A model generated the notes under the pieces. It made no database searches. It was not told where the DNA came from and saw only the letters and a program-made list of their open reading frames with translations. A program made the position numbers and the translations under genes. A DNA stretch of 64,000 nucleotides from Felis catus (taxonomy: Eukaryota): positions 8,992,001-9,056,000 of the forward strand of contig NC_058383.1 of NCBI RefSeq assembly GCF_018350175.1. The letters run 5' to 3'. This document shows positions 59,720 to 64,000 of this stretch, in pieces. Numbering within the stretch: the stretch's first letter is position 1; every line of letters starts with the position of its first letter.

Positions 59720-62460
59720 GGGCGCGGCGCCCCGGGCACAGGCCAGCAGCCCCCACCCTCCCACCCCCCGGGAGCCAGCAATGAGCTGCTTGCCTTCTGG
59801 GGAGCATCACACGGGAACGTGGGGATTCCTGACAAGGCTGCCTACGCACTGCCAGAAAGTTCCAGACCAAAGTCTCGTCCCTGTCTTCATGTCGGAGAAC
59901 CTGGCTGGATGATGCTCCCGCAGAAAGTGGAAATCTGTAGTTAAAAGAGAGACTCTGTTGCCAAGAGCTGAGAGCAAAAAAAAAAAAAACAAAAAAAAAA
60001 CAAAAAACAAAAACAAAAACCTGAGTCCTTGGGCCTGGGGATTCTCTGCGGCAGGGGACAGGGCTCCAGGCAGCACCCAGGCGTCGTGGGCAAGGGCAAT
60101 CTCAGACACGTGGAACAGGCGGCCAGCAGAGGTGGGAGAGCAAGGGGAGGGCAGAGAGTTTCAGAGAAGGGATTGCCCGGTGACACGTGAGGTGGGTCTC
60201 CTGGCGGCTGGGTGTCTGATGAGATGGGGTACAGACCCACAGCTTTGCCTGGTGGTTTCCTCTGCTGCCCTGGGGGGAATCAGTGGCCTGGCTCACAGGA
60301 GGAGGGCGGGAACCTGGAGCACGGGTCTGCTCAGCTGGTGCTGCCGGTGCTCAGCCGGCCATCAGACTTGTCAGGCCCCTGGGAAGACATCCAAGGATGG
60401 AGGCCTGCTGGGGCTGGCAAGGCACGTCTGTGGGCATCCCGTGTGAAAGGCCCTTGAGGAGACTTTTAACTGAGGGGTGCTCTGAGGCACACTGGGCTCA
60501 AATTCTCTCTAGCCAGCCTGGAGCCCAGTCACAATGACCCAACAAAGCCACTGGATCGGGGAAAGGGCTCAAGTCCAGAGTTCTCCATGTTTGGGCTACA
60601 AAATGGCCTTGGAGCCCAAGTCAGCTGCCTCTCCAGGCTATGGCTGCCAAAGTCACTTGCTCAGGAAGCAGAGCCTGCTTCCTGTCTCCCTGCTGCCTTG
60701 TGACCCCAGGAGGCGGGAGGGGGCAGCCTGGGGGACTTTCTGTTTAGACAAGGCCATTGGCCGGCCCTGGCCAAATGCGGGTCCCGCTTCTAATGGAAGG
60801 CGAATCCCCATATAGTGCTCCCCTGCAGCAACCCCCAGTCCTCCCAGCCCCACGCAGGGGCCCAGCTCCTACATTTCCCGGGCCTTGTGCAGCGTGGGTT
60901 CTGCTGTTTTCATTAGACCATAGCCCATGTTCTTGGGTCATGCACATACATACTACAGCTCAGCTCAGGGGGAAGCATGCCACATCCTGAGCTGCTTTCA
61001 AAAACCAGGCTTACCACACTGGCCAACAGCCACCTAGAGAGGGAGACTTTTGTTTTCATAGTCCTCGGACATCATGCTCTGATGGCATTTCTGTGGACAG
61101 CTTACTCTCTGTGGGGTCTGAGTCGCCCACACCAAGAAATCCTGGCTGGCCTGGCGGAGGTTGCTGGGAATGTGACACACTGTTGAGGACACAAACCTTA
61201 ACACGTAACCAAAATGCCAAGGGGCTGCCTGGGAGCTGTGCCGAGAATCAACCGTTGTTAAGTCGGGACATTGTGGGAGCCTGGACAAGAGCCTGGCATC
61301 TTCCAAAGGGCGTGTTCCTTGCATCCTGCAGACGTCTGTCGTTAATTTGCTTGCTCTCTGGTGCATGTCTGTTCTTTCTTGGGGCCTTGTTGAAAAGGCT
61401 TGTCTGCCTTACTGTGTATTTGCTTTGTGTCTGCGTCTCTGTAAGACAGCCACTCTGTCCTGGACAAGACAGGCTGGCTTCTCCCCACGGCTGGGAGTGG
61501 GCAGTAGGCCCTTCCTCCAGCCTGGGCCTTTTGGGAGGGGCCATGCTGGCCTCACTGTCCTGGGCCATCTGGTGCCTCCGCCCCAAGTGCACCAGATGTG
61601 CCAAGCTCCTAAGACTAGAAAGCACCCCCCGGTTCCAGCTAGGAGCCAGCTGTTAATGCCTGCTCCATGGGCAGAGCCTCAGGCCTGACCGCACAGGGCT
61701 ACACACTGGGTTACCTGTGACTGGAACATGGGCAGGAAAGGTGCCACATCTCATTTTTAACAATGATTGGAAGAGTGTAATTCTTGCTCTCTTTCATCTA
61801 GAGCGTTCTCCCAGCTCCCAGAGGCAGGGGGCAAGCAGAGGAATTTCTGTGGGGACAGAGAGGACCATGGTCTGGGGACTGGTGGTCAGCAGGGAACCTT
61901 CCTGGTGGCCCCAGAGCTTCTGGGGAGATGGAGGGACCAGCTGCTATTTGGAGCTGCAGACACGACTCAGCGGGGGTGGGTTGGGCGGAGGGGAAGGCAC
62001 ATTACAAACTAGAAAGTCACTTTCTGGAGGCTTAACCTGATTGTGAAGCGTTCCAAGTGCAGCGGCCGCCGGGTGGTGAGGCCACGCAGGCCGCCCCGGA
62101 GCCTGCGTGGGCTTGCCCTATTTTCCTCTGAGCGGAGCCTCCCCCACAGGTACGCTGGGGCCCTTTCCAGAGCGGAACACGGTCTCCATTTCATACCTTG
62201 ACCAGAAGTTTCAAAACTCCAGGTGTTTCTATTTTAGAAACTGCGAGGGCAGGACGTATCCTAGTGTCTTCTAGGAAAGCCTGCTGAGGCTAAAACCGCG
62301 TGAGCCCGGGTGTCGGCGGCTGTTCCGTCTTGCGCTGATTGACTCATTATGCATGACGCTGCGGAGATCACGTGCGGTGTACATAACCCCCGTCCCGCGT
62401 GTGGGTTTTTAAAACAGTTGCCCTGGAGTGAGCTGAATAAACAGGTAAAGCTATGAAGCC
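59720..62460 (+). other. ORAI2: ORAI2 3' UTR (minimum extent); first canonical AATAAA noticed at 62436-62441
   Basis: Repeat-poor unique sequence after the stop. The UTR may continue beyond this signal or beyond the window. Confidence 0.5.
59976..60020 (+). repeat. A-rich (A)nC tract in the ORAI2 3' UTR
   Basis: Read directly from the sequence. Confidence 0.9.
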
Positions 62461-64000
62461 CCTGGCTCTCCCCTAGTGTCTGATGCATCCTGGAAGACTG
62501 CTTCTCCTGAAGCCCCTCCTGCCTCTTCCTAATCGCTGGTCGCCGGCCATGTGTCTCCCCGGACCAGGGCGGCGGACTCTTCTGGAGTGGACAAGTGGGG
62601 GGACCTGGACCCGGGCACGTTGCAAGGCTTCCTTCTGGCGGGGCCCCGGGAGAATGGGGCATCTCTGCTGCTTCCCTTCCTCAGCGGGCTCTCCCTTTCC
62701 AGAAACACAGCAAGAGACGGCCTCAGGGCTAAGTGCTGAAGGGGTCGGTTTGAAGGTCCCCGGATCCCCCAGTTGAAAACGCTGGGGAGCCGCTGAAGCT
62801 GTGGTCTCACGGCGGCTTTTCCATCCCAGGTACCTGTGGCTGCGGGGTCCAGCCAGCCAGGCAGCAGGAATCCCTCCCACAGCCCAGTGACACTCATGAG
62901 GAAGCTCCCATTCTGTTTTGTAACTGTTTTCCACGGAGGCCTCCACCTAGGAAAAGATGTCTTGTATTATTTTTAACTTGCAGGCCCTTGAACCTAGCGG
63001 CTCCTAGGAATCAGGTGTGGAAAGCAACCAACACTGCTGTATGGACAGGTTCTGCCAGCCGAGGGGGGCCCTGCCGCTGCAGCTCGGGAGGATGACTTCC
63101 AAGGCCCCCCGGGTCTAAAGAAGCCTGTGTCCAGTGAGCCCACTCCATGGACCATTTCCTAGTGAGTGCGGCCAACCCATAGAAGGCTCATTGAAGTCTT
63201 GACTCATTGCCCCCAGTAGGTGGAGAGGTAGGGTCCACAGAGCCAGGTGTAGGGGCTCAGCGGGGTGAGTGGCACAGGACCGAGCCGGGATTCCTTGTTA
63301 GACCCTTTTAGAACCTGCTGAACCCGCTTTCCAACCCCGATGTCTCCAGCGCCCCCACGGTTACTGGGGACGGTACAAACAGGGATATCCATCTCAACAG
63401 GGATAACCCAGAGGATGCTTCCTGGACAGAGCTCAGCGTCTCCCAGCCCCCAGCTCCAAACAAGCAAATGGCCCTGAGCTTCCTTAACATCTTTCAAAAC
63501 AAGCCAGGCTGAGGAGTATCAGCTGAGCTCTCCCTGGCTTACTCTGGAAGACCGTGCAGGAAGCCACCCTCAGAGCGGATGCTTCCACAGGAATACAATC
63601 CCATAAGGCTCATCCCCTCCTGTCGCCTGAGATGGTCAGACCATTGCAACAGACACGACTGTCTGCACGACACACGTGTGGTGTTTTGAGAGCACGCTGG
63701 CTGCAGAAACGGCCACCTGAAATACAGGGTTACTACCCCTCAGGCAGTGGCTGAACCGCCCAACCTGGCCATCCCCAGCCCCATCCTAGTTGAGGGCGCA
63801 AGCAGTGGATGCTTAGGTGGACACACGGAATCTGATGGTCTTCATGGTGTAGTTTCAAGAACAAACCCGATGCAGGGTCACCGGTTTGAACGTGACACGA
63901 TGCACGTCCCGAGGTGGGCTCTGCGGACTGTGCGGACCAGGTGGACCTGAGGTGCGCTCGGTAGGGCTGGAGGAAGGGCCCACTGTCAGATGTCTGGCAA

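Noticed and set aside
59024..59764. 246-aa antisense ORF over the ORAI2 last exon
   Set aside because: Expected shadow of a GC3-rich coding sequence, with no independent features.
59976..60020. A-rich tract as the ORAI2 poly(A) end or a retrocopy tail
   Set aside because: It is genome-encoded with no upstream AATAAA, and the gene retains its introns. It is only an internal-priming hazard.

Overview
Mammalian genomic DNA, very probably a felid: it is dense in tRNA-derived CanSINEs with Felis-type diagnostic sequence and carries carnivore L1 3' ends. Two complete protein-coding genes lie on the + strand, in the same order as in human. PRKRIP1 has 6 coding exons (9327-9452, 10154-10232, 11767-11867, 18799-18884, 20202-20269, 41578-41687; 570 nt, 189 aa; 21.3-kb last intron). 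ORAI2 has a CpG-island non-coding first exon ending at 50958 and coding exons 54222-54446 and 59180-59719 (254 aa). All coding-exon splice junctions are GT-AG and phase-consistent. The rest is mostly transposon-derived: about 50 SINEs, L1 fragments, ERV LTRs, Tigger/hAT MITEs, MIR/L2 and microsatellites. Most ORFs in the supplied track are spurious. I see no evidence of a wholly new biological system. The best leads are modest and testable: an ORAI2 uORF that depends on splice-acceptor choice and whose stop overlaps the main ATG, a candidate antisense-SINE poison exon in PRKRIP1, serial SINE re-insertion hotspots that build inverted pairs, a four-level nested insertion next to the last PRKRIP1 exon, and A/inverted-A/A template-switch-like hairpins. 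Repeat family names come from my recall of consensus sequences, not from a database search, and repeat boundaries are approximate.
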